64,000 nucleotides of DNA from Macrostomum hystrix (GCA_950097015.1 CATNEN010000029.1:5580001-5644000); one strand, 5' to 3'. Positions 23,401-38,029 are shown, counted from the first letter of the stretch. Program-made: numbers and translations. Notes: a model not told the origin generated them from the letters alone.

Positions 23401-25340
23401 CTGGTTTAGCCATGATTCAGACTCTGGTTTAGCCATGATTCAGACTCTGGTTTAGCCATGATTCAGACGCTGGTTTAGCCATGATTCAGACTCTGGTTTA
23501 GCCATGATTCAAACTCTGGTTTAGCCATGATTCAGACGCTGGTTTAGCCATGATTCAGACGCTGGTTTAGCCATGATTGAAACTCTGGTTTAGCCATGAT
23601 TCAGACTCTGGTTTAGCCATGGTTCAAACTCTGGTTTAGCCATGATTCAGACGCTGGTTTAGCCATGATTCAGACTCTGGTTTAGCCATGAATCAAACTC
23701 TGGTTAAGCCATGATTCAGACTCTGGTTTCGCCATGTTTTAAACCCTGGTGGGCTATGATTCAAACTCTCGTTTTGCCATGATTCAGACTCTGGTTGGCT
23801 ATGATTCAAACTCAGGTTTCGCCATGTTTTAAACCCTGGTGGGCTATGATTCAAACTCTCGTTTTGCCATGATTCAGACTCTGGTTGGCTATGATTCAAA
23901 CTCTGGTTTAGCCAAGATTCAAACTCTGGTTTAGCCATGTTTTAAACCCTGGTGGGCTATGATTCAAACTCTCGTTTTGCCATGATTCAGACTCTGGTTT
24001 AGCCATGATTCAGACTCTGGTTTTGCCATGATTCAAGCTCTGGTTTAGCCATGTTTCAAACTCTGGTTTAGCCATGATTCAAACTCTGGTTTAGCCATGA
24101 TTCAGACTCTGGTTTAGCCATGATTCAGACTCTGGTTTAGCCATGATTCAGACGCTGGTTTAGCCATGATTCAGACTCTGGTTTAGCCATGATTCAAACT
24201 CTGGTTTAGCCATGATTCAGACGCTGGTTTAGCCATGATTGAAACTCTGGTTTAGCCATGATTCAGACTCTGGTTTAGCCATGATTTAAACTCTGGTTTA
24301 GCCATGATTCAGACTCTGGTTTAGCCATGGTTCAAACTCTGGTTTAGCCATGATTCAGACGCTGGTTTAGCCATGATTCAAACTCTGGTTTAGCCATGAT
24401 TCAGACTCTGGTTTAGCCATGATTCAGACTCTGGTTTAGCCATGATTGAGACGCTGGTTTAGCCATGATTCAGACTCTGGTTTAGCCATGATTCAAACTC
24501 TGGTTTAGCCATGAATTAGACGCTGGTTTAGCCATGATTCAGACGCTGGTTTAGCCATGATTGAAACTCTGGTTTAGCCATGATTCAGACTCTGGTTTAG
24601 CCATGATTTAAACTCTGGTTTAGCCATGATTCAGACTCTGGTTTAGCCATGATTCAAACTCTGGTTTAGCCATGATTCAGACGCTGGTTTAGCCATGATT
24701 CAAACTCTGGTTTAGCCATGATTCAAACTCAGATTTGCTATGATTTATGATATTTTATTTACGAAATATAAAAAATAATATAAAATAATCTTCAATCACT
24801 ACTGGCTGAAAATTAGTCTAAATGATTTGACCCAGTGCAGAATCGAACCCTAGCCTAGCCTAACCTATTCCTAGTGCCTACACATCGGCTATTCCGACTG
24901 TTGGTTAGTGGGTGCAAAAATCTGCCTTATAAAATGAATTCTCAAAGTTCTGGCTTTGTACAATGAAGTAAGAAAATAGAGTACACTCAGTCTCGCAGTT
25001 GGTTGTGTACATTTATTTCAAATTTGTCTCCAGAGTGCAGGCTTCAAATTCAATCAGCTAGGGGTTGTTGCGCAATTTGACGATGCAATTCTAATTCAGT
25101 GGCTGTCAGTGAAATTCTCAATAGGCCAAGATGGTTTGACCTTTAAAAAATCATGTTTTTCGAATATTTAATCCCCTTAGCAATAAAGTTAAGCTTAATA
25201 AAAATACGTGTATAATTCTCCCCATATTTAGCATCTTTTGGTGAAGAAATTGTGAAAATCGGTTGAGCTGTTCGGGAGAAAATCAATTACAACCAACCAA
25301 CCAACCAAGCAAGCAAGCATTTCATTTTTAGTATAGTGGA
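20425..25340 (-). mobile_element. Non-autonomous Helitron unit NA1 (4.9 kb, satellite-filled)
   Basis: Minus strand: 5' TCCACTATAC start. 3' hairpin TGCTCCCC-GAA-GGGGGGCA, 7 nt, then CTAG followed by target T. Interior has an 18-bp array (~20522-22560) and a 23-bp array (~22580-24735). Confidence 0.9.
20522..22560. repeat. 18-bp satellite (AGTTGACAATGATCCCCC)n; further arrays at ~25436-25975 and ~30720-33270
   Basis: Visible tandem arrays. Source of the MIPQLT/VDNDPP/GDHCQL pseudo-ORFs. Confidence 0.97.
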
Positions 25341-28300
25341 CTAGCAAGTTTTGCCCCCCTTCGGGGAGCAGAAATATTTTTAATTCGTCCAGTATACACT
25401 TTTTAGCAGCTGCATTTTCAGCCTTTTTACGCTACAATGATCAGTTGACAATGATCCCCCAGTTGATAAAGATCCCCCAGTTGACAATGATCCCCCAGTT
25501 GACAATGATCCCCCAGTTGATAAAGATCCCCCAGTTGACAATGATCCCCCAGTTGACAATGATCCCCCAGTTGATAAAGATCCCCCAGTTGACAATGATC
25601 CCCCAGTTGACAATGATCCCCCAGTTGACAATGATCCCACAGTTGACAAAGATCCCCCAGTTCACAATGATCCCCCAGTTGATGATGATCCCCCAGTTGA
25701 TGATGATCCCCAGTTGATGATGATCACCGAGTTGACAATGATCCCCAAGTTGACCATGATCCCCCATTTGATGATGATTCCCCAGTTGACCATTACCCCC
25801 TAGTTGACAATGATCCCTCAGTTCACAATGATCCCCCAGTTGACAATGATCCCCCAGTTGACAATGATCCCCCAGTTGACAATTATCCCCCCAGTTTACC
25901 AAGATCCTCCAGTTGATGATTATCCCCCAGTTTACCTTGATCCCCATTTTGAGGATGACTCCACAGTTGACGTTGATTTTTCAAACGCTGGTTTTGCCAT
26001 GATTCAGACTCTGGTGTAGCAATGATTCAAACTCTGGTTTAGCCATGATTCAGACTCTGGTTTAGCCATGATTCAAACTCTGGTTTAGCCATGATTCAAA
26101 CTCTGGTTTAGCCATGATTCAAACGCTGGTTTAACCATGATTCAAACTCTGGTTTAGCCATGATTCAAACGCTGGTTTAACCATGATTCAAACTCTGTTT
26201 TAGCCATGATTTAAACTCTGGTGTAGCCATGATTCAGACGCTGGTTTAGCCATGATTCAAACTCTGGTTAGCTATGATTCAAACTCTGGTTTCGCCTTGA
26301 TTCAAATTTAGCCATGATTCAGACTCTGGTGTAGCCATGATTCAGACTCTGGTGTAGCAATGATTCAGACTCTGTTTTAGCCATGATTCAGACTCTGGTT
26401 TAGCTATGATTCAAACTCTGGTTTAGCCATGATTCAGACTCTGGTGTAGCCATGATTCAGACTCTGGTTTAGCCATGATTCAGACTCTAGTTTAGCCATG
26501 ATTCAGACTCTGGTTTAGCCATGATCCAGACTCTGGTGTAGCAATGATTCAGACTCTGGTTTAGCCATGATTCAGACTCTGGTTTAGCCATGATTCAGAC
26601 TCTGGTTTAGCCATGATTCAAACTCTGGTTTAGCCATGATTCAGACTCTAGTTTAGCCATGATTCAGACTCTGGTTTAGCCATGATCCAGACTCTGGTGT
26701 AGCAATGATTCAGACTCTGGTTTAGCCATGATTCAGACTCTGGTTTAGCCATGATTCAGACTCTGGTTTAGCCATGATTCAAACTCTGGTTTAGCCATGA
26801 TTCAAGCGCTGGTTTAACCATGATTCAAAATCTGGTTTAGTCATGATTAAAACTCTGATTTTGCCATGATTCAAACTCTGGTTTAGCCATGATTCAAACT
26901 CTGGTTGGCCATGATTCAAACTCTGGTTTAGCCATGATTCAAACGCTGGTTTAACCATGATTCAAAATCTGGTTTAGTCATGATTAAAACTCTGATTTTG
27001 CCATGATTCAAACTCTGGTTTAGCCATGATTCAAACTCTGGTTGGCCATGATTCAAACTCTGGTTTAGCCATGATTCAAACGCTGGTTTAACCATGATTC
27101 AAACTCTGTTTTAGCCATGATTTAAACTCTGGTGTAGCCATGATTCAGACGCTGGTTTAGCCATGATTCAAACTCTGGTTAGCTATGATTCAAACTCTGG
27201 TTTCGCCTTGATTCAAATTTAGCCATGATTCAGACTCTGGTGTAGCCATGATTCAGACTCTGGTGTAGCAATGATTCAGACTCTGTTTTAGCCATGATTC
27301 AAACTCTGGTTTAGCTATGATTCAAACTCTGGTTTAGCCATGATTCAGACTCTGGTGTAGCCATGATTCAGACTCTGGTGTAGCCATGATTCAGACTCTA
27401 GTTTAGCCATGATTCAGACTCTGGTTTAGCCATGATCCAGACTCTGGTGTAGCAATGATTCAGACTCTGGTTTAGCCATGATTCAGACTCTGGTTTAGCT
27501 ATGATTCAAACTCTGGTTTAGCCATGATTCAGACTCTGGTTTAGCCATGATTCAGACTCTGGTTTAGCCATGATTCAAACTCTGGTTTAGCCATGATTCA
27601 GACTCTGGTTTAGCCATGATTCAAACTCTGGTTTAGCCATGATTCAAACTCTGGTTTAGCCATGATTCAAACGCTGGTTTAACCATGATTCAAAATCTGG
27701 TTTAGTCATGATTAAAACTCTGATTTTGCCATGATTCAAACTCTGGTTTAGCCATGATTCAAACTCTGGTTGGCCATGATTCAAACTCTGGTTTAGCCAT
27801 GATTCAAACGCTGGTTTAACCATGATTCAAACTCTGTTTTAGCCATGATTTAAACTCTGGTGTAGCCATGATTCAGACGCTGGTTTAGCCATGATTCAAA
27901 CTCTGGTTAGCTATGATTCAAACTCTGGTTTCGCCTTGATTCAAATTTAGCCATGATTCAGACTCTGGTGTAGCCATGATTCAGACTCTGGTGTAGCAAT
28001 GATTCAGACTCTGTTTTAGCCATGATTCAGACTCTGGTTTAGCTATGATTCAAACTCTGGTTTAGCCATGATTCAGACTCTGGTGTAGCCATGATTCAGA
28101 CTCTGGTTTAGCCATGATTCAGACTCTAGTTTAGCCATGATTCAGACTCTGGTTTAGCCATGATCCAGACTCTGGTGTAGCAATGATTCAGACTCTGGTT
28201 TAGCCATGATTCAGACTCTGGTTTAGCCATGATTCAGACTCTGGTTTAGCCATGATTCAAACTCTGGTTTAGCCATGATTCAAACGCTGGTTTAACCATG

Positions 28301-30624
28301 ATTCAAAATCTGGTTTAGTCATGATTAAAACTCTGATTTTGCCATGATTCAAACTCTGGTTTAGCCATGATTCAAACTCTGGTTGGCCATGATTCAAACT
28401 CTGGTTTAGCCATGATTCAAACGCTGGTTTAACCATGATTCAAAATCTGGTTTAGTCATGATTAAAACTCTGATTTTGCCATGATTCAAACTCTGGTTTA
28501 GCCATGATTCAAACTCTGGTTGGCCATGATTCAAACTCTGGTTTAGCCATGATTCAAACGCTGGTTTAACCATGATTCAAACTCTGTTTTAGCCATGATT
28601 TAAACTCTGGTGTAGCCATGATTCAGACGCTGGTTTAGCCATGATTCAAACTCTGGTTAGCTATGATTCAAACTCTGGTTTCGCCTTGATTCAAATTTAG
28701 CCATGATTCAGACTCTGGTGTAGCCATGATTCAGACTCTGGTGTAGCAATGATTCAGACTCTGTTTTAGCCATGATTCAAACTCTGGTTTAGCTATGATT
28801 CAAACTCTGGTTTAGCCATGATTCAGACTCTGGTTTAGCCATGATTCAGACTCTGGTTTAGCCATGATTCAAACTCTGGTTGGCCATGATTCAAACTCTG
28901 GTTTAGCCATGATTCAAACGCTGGTTTAACCATGATTCAAAATCTGGTTTAGTCATGATTAAAACTCTGATTTTGCCATGATTCAAACTCTGGTTTAGCC
29001 ATGATTCAAACTCTGGTTGGCCATGATTCAAACTCTGGTTTAGCCATGATTCAAACGCTGGTTTAACCATGATTCAAAATCTGGTTTAGCCATGATTCAA
29101 ACTCTGGTTTAGCCATGATTCAAACTCTGGTTTAGCCATGATTCAGACTCTGGTTTAGCCATGATTCAAACTCTGGTTTAGCCATGATTCAAACGCTGGT
29201 TTAACCATGATTCAAAATCTGGTTTAGTCATGATTAAAACTCTGATTTTGCCATGATTCAAACTCTGGTTTAGCCATGATTCAAACTCTGGTTGGCCATG
29301 ATTCAAACTCTGGTTTAGCCATGATTCAAACGCTGGTTTAACCATGATTCAAACTCTGTTTTAGCCATGATTTAAACTCTGGTGTAGCCATGATTCAGAC
29401 GCTGGTTTAGCCATGATTCAAACTCTGGTTAGCTATGATTCAAACTCTGGTTTCGCCTTGATTCAAATTTAGCCATGATTCAGACTCTGGTGTAGCCATG
29501 ATTCAGACTCTGGTTTAGCCATGATTCAAACTCTGGTTTAGCCATGCTTCAAGCTCTGGCTGAGCCATGATTCAATCGCTGGTTTTTCCATGATTCAGAC
29601 GCTGGTTTAGCCATGATTCAGACACTGGTTTAGCCATAATTTAGACTCTGGTTTAGCCATGATTCAGACGCTGGTTTAGCCATGATTCAGACTCTGGTTT
29701 AGCCATGATTCAAACTCTGGTTTAGCCATGATTCAAACTCTGGTTTAGCCACGATTCAAGCTCTGGTTTAGCCATGATTCAACCTCTGGTTTAGCCATGA
29801 TTCAAACTCTGGTTTAGCCATGATTGAAACTCTGGATTTGCCATGATTCAAACTCTGGTTTAGCCATGATTCAAACTCTGGTTTAGCCATGATTGAAACT
29901 CTGGATTTGCCATGATTCAAACTCTGGTTTAGCCATGATTGAAACTCTGGTTTAGCCACGATTCAAACTCTGGTTTAGCCATGATTCAGACTCTGGTTTA
30001 GACATGATTTAAACTCTATTTTTGCAATGATTCAAACTCAGGTTTGCTATAATTTATGATTTTTATTTATAAAATGAAAAAAATAAATTAAAATAATCTT
30101 CAATCACTACTGGCTGACAATTATTCTAATTGATTTGTCGCAGTGCAGAATCGAACCCTAGCCTGGCCTAACCTATTCCTAGTGCCTACACATAGGCTAT
30201 TCCGACTGTTGGTTAGTGGGTGCAAAAATCTGCCTTATAAAATGAATTCTCAAAGTTCTGGCTTTGTACAATGAAGTGAGAAAATAGAGTACACTCAGTC
30301 TCGCGGTTGGTTGTGTACATTTATTTCAAATTTGTCTCCAGAGTGCAGGCGTCAAATTAAATCAGCTAGGGGTTGTTGCGCAATTTGACGATGCAATTTT
30401 AATTCAGTGGCAGTGAGTGAAATTCTCAATAGGTTTGACCTTTGAAAAACTCATGTTTTTCGAATATTTAATCCCCTTAGCAATAAAGTTAAGCTTAATA
30501 AAAATGCGTGTATAATTGTCCCCATATTTAGCATCTTTTGGTGAAGAAATGGTGAAAATCGGTTGAGCCGTTCGGGAGAAAATCAATTACAACCAACCAA
30601 CCATTTCATTTTTAGTATAGTGGA
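25341..30624 (-). mobile_element. Non-autonomous Helitron unit NA2 (5.3 kb)
   Basis: Same termini, CTAG|TC junctions. 18-bp array ~25436-25975, 23-bp array ~25990-30045. Confidence 0.9.
25990..30045. repeat. 23-bp satellite (ATGATTCAAACTCTGGTTTAGCC)n; further arrays at ~22580-24735, ~33285-35105, ~48300-48720 and inverted at ~44635-44740
   Basis: Visible tandem arrays with recurring variant blocks. Confidence 0.97.
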
Positions 30625-33600
30625 CTAGCAAGATTTGCCCCCCTTCGGGGAGCAGAAATACTTTTAATTCGTCTAGTATAGACTTTTTAGAAGCTGAATT
30701 TACAGCTTTTTAAAGCTACTATGAACCCCCAGTTGACAATGATCCCCCAGTTGACAATGATCCCCCAGTTGACAATGAACCCCCAGTTGACAATGAACCC
30801 CCAGTTGACAATGATCCCCCAGTTGACAAAGATCCCCCAGTTCACAATGATCCCCCAGTTGATGATGATCCCCCAGTTGATGATGATCCCCCAGTTGAGA
30901 ATGATCCCCCAGTTGACAATGATCCCCCAGTTGAGAATGATCCCCCAGTTAACAATGATCCCCCAGTTAACAAAGATCCCCCAATTCACAATGATCCCCC
31001 AGTTGATGAAGTCTCCCTATTGATGATGATCCCCAGTTAACAATGTTCCTCCAGTTGACAATGTTCCCCCAGTTATCAATGATCCCCCAGTTGATGATGA
31101 TCACCCAGTTCACAATGATCCCCCAGTTGACAATGATCCCCCAGTTGACAATGATCCCCCAGTTGACAATGATCCCCCAGTTGATGATGATCCCCCAGTT
31201 GAAAATGATCCCCCAGTTGAGAATGATCCCCCAGTTGACAATGATCCCCCAGTTAACAAAGATCCCCCAGTTCACAATGATCCCCCAGTTGATGAAGTCT
31301 CCCCATTGATGATGATCCCTAGTTAACAATGTTCCTCCAGTTGACAATGTTCCCCCAAATGACAATGATCCCCCAGTTGATGATGATCACCCAGTTGACA
31401 ATGATCCCCCAGTTGACAATGATCCCCCAGTTGACAATGATCCCGCCGGTTGACAATGATCCCACAGTTGACAATGAACCCCCAGTTGACAATGATCCCC
31501 CAGTTGACAATGATCCCACAGTTGACAATGATCCCCCAGTTGACAAAGAACCCCCAGTTCACAATGATCCCCCAGTTGACAATGATCCCCCAGTTGACAA
31601 TGATCCCCCAGTTGATGATGATCCCCCAGTTGAAAATGATCCCCCAGTTGAGAATGATCCCCCAGTTGACAATGATCCCCCAGTTAACAAAGATCCCCCA
31701 GTTCACAATGATCCCCCAGTTGATGAAGTCTCCCCATTGATGATGATCCCTAGTTAACAATGTTCCTCCAGTTGACAATGTTCCCCCAAATGACAATGAT
31801 CCCCCAGTTGATGATGATCACCCAGTTGACAATGATCCCCCAGTTGACAATGATCCCCCAGTTGACAATGATCCCGCCGGTTGACAATGATCCCACAGTT
31901 GACAATGAACCCCCAGTTGACAATGATCCCCCAGTTCACAATGATCACCCAGTTGATGATGATCCCCCAGTTGATGATGATCCCCCAGTTGAAAATGATC
32001 CCCCAGTTGACAATGATCCCCCAGTTGACAATGATCCCACAGTTGACAATGATCCCCCAGTTGACAAAGAACCCCCAGTTCACAATGATCACCCAGTTGA
32101 TGATGATCCCCCAGTTGATGATGATCCCCCAGTTGAAAATGATCCCCCAGTTGACAATGATCCCCCAGTTGACAATGATCCCCCAGTTGACAATGATCCC
32201 CCAGTTAACAAAGATCCCCCAGTTCACAATGATCCCCCAGTTGATGAAGTCTCCCCATTGATGATGATCCCCAGTTAACAATGTTCCTCCATTTGACAAT
32301 GTTCCCCCAGTTGACAATGATCCCCCAGTTGATGATGATCACCCAGTTGACAATGATCCCCCAGTTGACAATGATCCCCCAGTTGACAATGATCCCCCAG
32401 TTGACAATGATCCCCCAGTTGATGATGATTCCCCAGTTGAAAATGATCCCCCAGTTGACAATGATCCCCCAGTTGAGAATGATCCCCCAGTTGACAATGA
32501 TCCCCCAGTTGAGAATGATCCCCGAGTTGACAATGATCCCCCAGTTAACAAAGATCCCCCAGTTCACAATGATCCCCCAGTTGATGAAGTCTCCCCATTG
32601 ATGATGATCCCTAGTTAACAATGTTCCTCCAGTTGACAATGTTCCCCCAGTTGACAATGATCCCCCAGTTGATGATGATCACCCAGTTGACAATGATCCC
32701 CCAGTTGACAATGATCCCCCAGTTGACAATGATCCCGCCGGTTGACAATGATCCCACAGTTGATGATGATCCCCCAGTTGACAATGATCCCCCAGTTGAT
32801 GATGATCCCCCAGTTGACAATGATCCCCCAGTTGACAATGATCGCCCAGTTGACAATGAACCCCCAGTTGACAACGATCCCCCAGTTGACAATGATCCCC
32901 CAGTTGACAATGATCCCCCAGTTGACAATGATCCCACAGTATACAATGATCCCCCAGTTGACAAAGATCCCCCAGTTCACAATGATCCCCCATTTGACAA
33001 TGATCCCCCAGTTCTCAATGATCCCCCAGTTGATGATGCTCCCCAGTTGATGATGATTCCCCAGTTGACAATTATCCCCCAGTTGACCATTACCCCCCAG
33101 TTGACAATGATCTCTCAGTTCACAATGACCCCCCAGTTGACAATGATCCCCCAGTTGACAATGATCCCCCAGTTGACAATGATCCCCCAGTTGACAATGA
33201 TTCCCAGTTTACCATGATCCCCCAGTTCACCATGATCCCCATTTTGATGATGACTCCCCAGTTGACGTTGATTTTTCAAACGCTGGGTTAGCCAAGATTC
33301 AAACTCAGGTTTCGCCATGTTTTAAACCCTGGTGGGCTATGATTCAAACTCTCGTTTTGCCATGATTCAGACTCTGGTTGGCTATGATTCAAACTCTGGT
33401 TTAGCCAAGATTCAAACTCTGGTTTAGCCATGATTCAAACGCTGGGTTAGCCATGATTGAAACTCGGTTTTTGCCATGATTCAAACTCTGGTTTAGCCAT
33501 GATTCAAACGCTGGGTTAGCCATGATTGAAACTCTGGTTTAGCCAAGATTCAAACTCTGGTTGGCTATGATTCAAAGTCTGGTTTAGCCATGATTCAAAC

Positions 33601-35699
33601 TCTGGTTTAGCCATGATTCAGACTCTGGTTTAGCCTTGATTCAAACTCTGGTGTAGCCATTATTCAAACTCTAGTTTAGCCATGCTGATGATGATGGTTT
33701 AGCCACGATTTAGTCTCTGGTTTAGCCATGATTTAGTCTCTGGTTTAGCCATGATTCAAACTCTGGTGTAGCCAATATTCAAACTCTGGTTTAGCCATGA
33801 TTCAGACGCTGGTTTAGCCATGATTCAGACTCTGGTTTAGCCATGATTGAAACTCTGGTTTAGCCATGATTCAGACGCTGGTTTAGCCATGATTGAAACT
33901 CTGGTTTAGCCATGATTGAAACTCTGGTTTAGCCATGATTCAGACGCTGGTTTAGCCATGATTTAAACTCTGGTTTAGCCATGATTCAAACTCTGGTTTT
34001 GCCATGATTCAGACTCTGGTTTAGCCATGATTCAAACTCTGGTTTAGCCATGGTTCAAACTCTGGTTTAGCCATGATTCAGACGCTGGTTTAGCCATGAC
34101 TGAAACTCTGGTTTAGCCATGATTCAGACGCTGGTTTAGCCATGATTCAAACTCTGGTTTAGCCATGATTCAAGATCTGGTTTAGCCATGATTCAAACTC
34201 TGGTTTAGCCATGATTCAAACTCTGGTTTAGCCATGATTCAAACTCTGGTTTAGCCATGATTCAGACGCTGGTTTAGCCATGATTCAGACGCTGGTTTAG
34301 CCATGATTGAAACTCTGGTTTAGCCATGATTCAAACTCTGGTTTAGCCATGATTGAAACTCTGGTTTAGCCATGATTCAGACGCTGGTTTAGCCATGATT
34401 AAACTCTGGTTTAGCCATGATTCAAACTCTGGTTTAGCCATGATTCAGACGCTGGTTTAGCCATGATTGAAACTCTGGTTTAGCCATGATTGAAACTCTG
34501 GTTTAGCCATGATTCAGACGCTGGTTTAGCCATGATTTAAACTCTGGTTTAGCCATGATTCAAACTCTGGTTTTGCCATGATTCAGACTCTGGTTTAGCC
34601 ATGATTCAAACTCTGGTTTAGCCATGGTTCAAACTCTGGTTTAGCCATGATTCAGACGCTGGTTTAGCCATGACTGAAACTCTGGTTTAGCCATGATTGA
34701 AACTCTGGTTTAGCCATGATTCAGACGCTTGTTTAGCCATGATTAAAACTCGGCTTTTGCCATGATTCAAACTCTGGTTTAGCCATGATTCAAACGCTGG
34801 GTTAGCCATGATTGAAACTCTGGTTTAGCCAAGATTCAAACTCTGGTTGGCTATGATTCAAACTCTGGTTTAGCCATGATTCAAACTCTGGTTTAGCCAT
34901 GATTCAGACGCTGGTTTAGCCATGATTCAGACGCTGGTTTAGCCATGCTGATGATGATGGTTTAGCCATGATTCAGACTCTGGTTTAGCCATGATTCAAA
35001 CTCTGGTTTAGCCTTGATTTAAACTCTGGTTTAGCCATGATTCAGACTCTGGTTTAGCCATGATTCAAACTGTATTGTTGCACTGATTCAAACTCTGGTT
35101 TGCTATGATTTATGATATTTTATTTACGAAATGAAAAAAATAAACTAAAATAATCTTCAATCACTACTGGCTAAAAATTCGTCTAAATGATTTGACGCAG
35201 TGCAGAATCGAACCCTAGCCTAGCCTAACTTATTCCCATGCAGTGCCTACACATCGGCTATTCCGACTGTTGGTTAGTGGGTGAAAAATCAGCCTTATAA
35301 AATGAATTTTCAAAGTTCTGGCTTTGTACAATGAAGTGAGAAAATAGAGTACACTTAGTCTCGCGGTTGGTTGTGTACATTTATTTCCAATTTGTCTCCA
35401 GAGTGCAGGCTTCAAATTCAATCAGCTAGGGGTTGTTGCGCAATTTGACGATGCAATTCTAATTCAGTGGCAGTGAGTAAAATTCTCAAGAGGCCAAGAT
35501 TATTTGACCTTTAAAAAATCATGTTTTCGAATATTTAATCCCCTTAGCAATAAAGTTAAGCTTAATAAAAATACGTGTATAATTGTCCCCATATTTGGCA
35601 TCTTTTGGTGAAGAAATGGTGAAAATCGGTTGAGCCGTTCGGGAGAAAATCAATTACAAGCAACCAAGCAACCAACCATTTCATTTTTAGTATAGTGGA
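30625..35699 (-). mobile_element. Non-autonomous Helitron unit NA3 (5.1 kb)
   Basis: Same termini, CTAG|TC junctions. 18-bp array ~30720-33270, 23-bp array ~33285-35105. Confidence 0.9.
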
Positions 35700-37344
35700 C
35701 TAGCAAGTTTTGCCCCCCTTCGGGGAGCAGAAATAATTAATATTCGTCTAATATATACCTTTTAGCAGGAGTACATTAAGTGTCTTTCTTAAGCTTAAGG
35801 TTAAAATATGAATTTTTGGAGATCGTTAATAACGCATTTTAGGTAAAACAAAACTATAAACTTTTTACAGTTTTATAGTTTAGAGCTCTGTATATGTCAA
35901 CGTGTTTGATAAAAATATCTTATTTATTTTATTCATAAATCTGTTAAGAGCACTTTTTTACTTAAAATACTTAAAATAAATTAAATGTTATTCCAAGAAT
36001 TTGCGACTTTCCGAGAAATGACTTGCTTTATTCCGATTTTCTTGTTGCTTGTATTGCTCATGTGTACTACAGTTTTATACACATCCCGAGAAATTTTTTA
36101 CTTTCTTCATTTGTAAGTGAATTTCTTAGCCCTGCTCATCGTACTAACTGCGACTGCAATGTTCCGAACAATAAGTAGCTCAGCATTGCAACTATTGCCC
36201 TTGATTGAGGCAATAAATGACTTAAAGAGTCAGTTCAATGCAGCTATCTCATTGTGAATGGACTTTGCAAAAGCAACTGGAGCTACATCCTTCGACCTTT
36301 GGTTTGACACTTTAAATAAAGCTAACATAGGCTATATATAGGCATGATATATGATATATATTATCATGCTAAATTCCCCCTTTCTTTTCTAGTCGCACTC
36401 CTCAGCAGACTTCTCTTTTCTTATATGCCTCATACACATTGTCAAATCTTATTTTTAATCAAATCCTATATGACATAAAAGTCTATTTCAAATTAGATCC
36501 CGTTTTGATAGTTCAAAATGGTTAGCTAATATCAATGGCTAATCTCCTTTCTTTTTCTTAATGATTCCAGTTCTGATCAGATCCTATTTCTTATCTGACC
36601 TCTTTTCTTAGTAATCCATTTTGTATCATTCTTCATTATAAATGCATGCCTGACAATTTATCTTTTAAAATAGAATAAGGCAGGTACCAGGTGTGCAGAT
36701 TCATGAATCATGGGACTGGTCTTTGTCCACTGAAACATTTTTTGTATTTCTTCAATTGCAAAACACATTGAAAACAACAAAACAACAACAATTGAGTGAG
36801 CATCTGACAAATTTATTATTATACAAATACATATCATTATGACGTTATAAGAAAACAAACTCCAAATGTAGAGAATTCAGTTCAATGAAAAAAGAAAAAA
36901 TTGCATTGCACCTAAAAATATTACCCACAAACAGTAAACATGATGAACTTGCAGAAGGCTCCGCCAACAAGACAGTATCATTGCACAGTTCATTGCATTT
37001 GACTGCAAGAATAATGGTGTCAATCCTACTGCTTGTTGGCTTGCTTTACTCTGCACTGCTGGTCAGAGGCATTCACTGGGGCAAGTTAAGTTCACGCACT
37101 CAACGTCACACAAAAAGCTTAGCTATCACAAGAGTCTCTAGGTTTGCTGAAGCTGCTTCAAACCTCTCATGGCTGCATACCCTCAGTTTTAGAGTGGAAG
37201 AACCTCTGAATCGTGAAAAAGCAGCGAACACGTTATTTCAACCACAATCTCAAGGCCCATTGATATGCAGCCAACCTGCTATATATTCACCTAATATTTA
37301 CCTACATTAATTTCACTATTACTTATTAACTTTCATGGCACAAC

Positions 37345-38010
37345 TAAATTGGGATCCGATTGTATCCGATCCTATTCTGGTTTGCCTTGATCCCAATCTA
37401 GTTATGCAATGATCTCAATCTAGTTATGTGAGGATCTCAATTTAGTTATGCAATAATCCCATTTTAGTTACGCCAAAAGATCCCAATTTAGCTAAGCAAT
37501 GATCTCAGTTCTATTATGCAATGAACCCAATTTAGCTAAGCAATGATCTCAGTTCTGTTACGCCACAAACAAAATTTAGCTAAGCAATGATCTCAGTTCT
37601 GTTATGCTATGAACCCAATTTAGCTATTGGGTTGGGAACCCAATTGGCTATTGGGAACCCAATCCGATCCTATTCTGGTTTGCCTTGATCCCAACTCGTA
37701 GCAGAAAATTTTCATTACCTTACGGACGCCCCTCTTACTAATCATAATTCTGGTAAACAATGAATCCAATTTTCCATTCTTCAATGATCCCATTCGTATC
37801 ATGCCATGAGCCCAATTTCATTATGCGATAATTCCAATTCTGGTTTGCTATGATCCCAATTTAGTATGCAAGGATCCCAACTTAGTTATGCCAAATGATC
37901 CCAATTACGCTAAGCAATGATCTCACTTCTGTTATGCCACAAACACAATTTAGCTAAGCAATGATCTCACTTCTGTTATGCCACAAACACAATTTAGCTA
38001 AGCAATGATT
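37345..38010. repeat. Degenerate ~22-bp repeats (GATCCCAATTTAGTTATGCAAT-like)
   Basis: Recurring GATCCCAAT/TTAGCTAAGCAATGATCTCA motifs. Confidence 0.75.
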
Positions 38011-38029
38011 TAGGATTGATATATAAGAT

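Noticed and set aside
36885-37310. 141-aa plus-strand ORF inside the Helitron
   Set aside because: No motif, antisense to the element, AT-rich codon usage. Not supportable without a database search.
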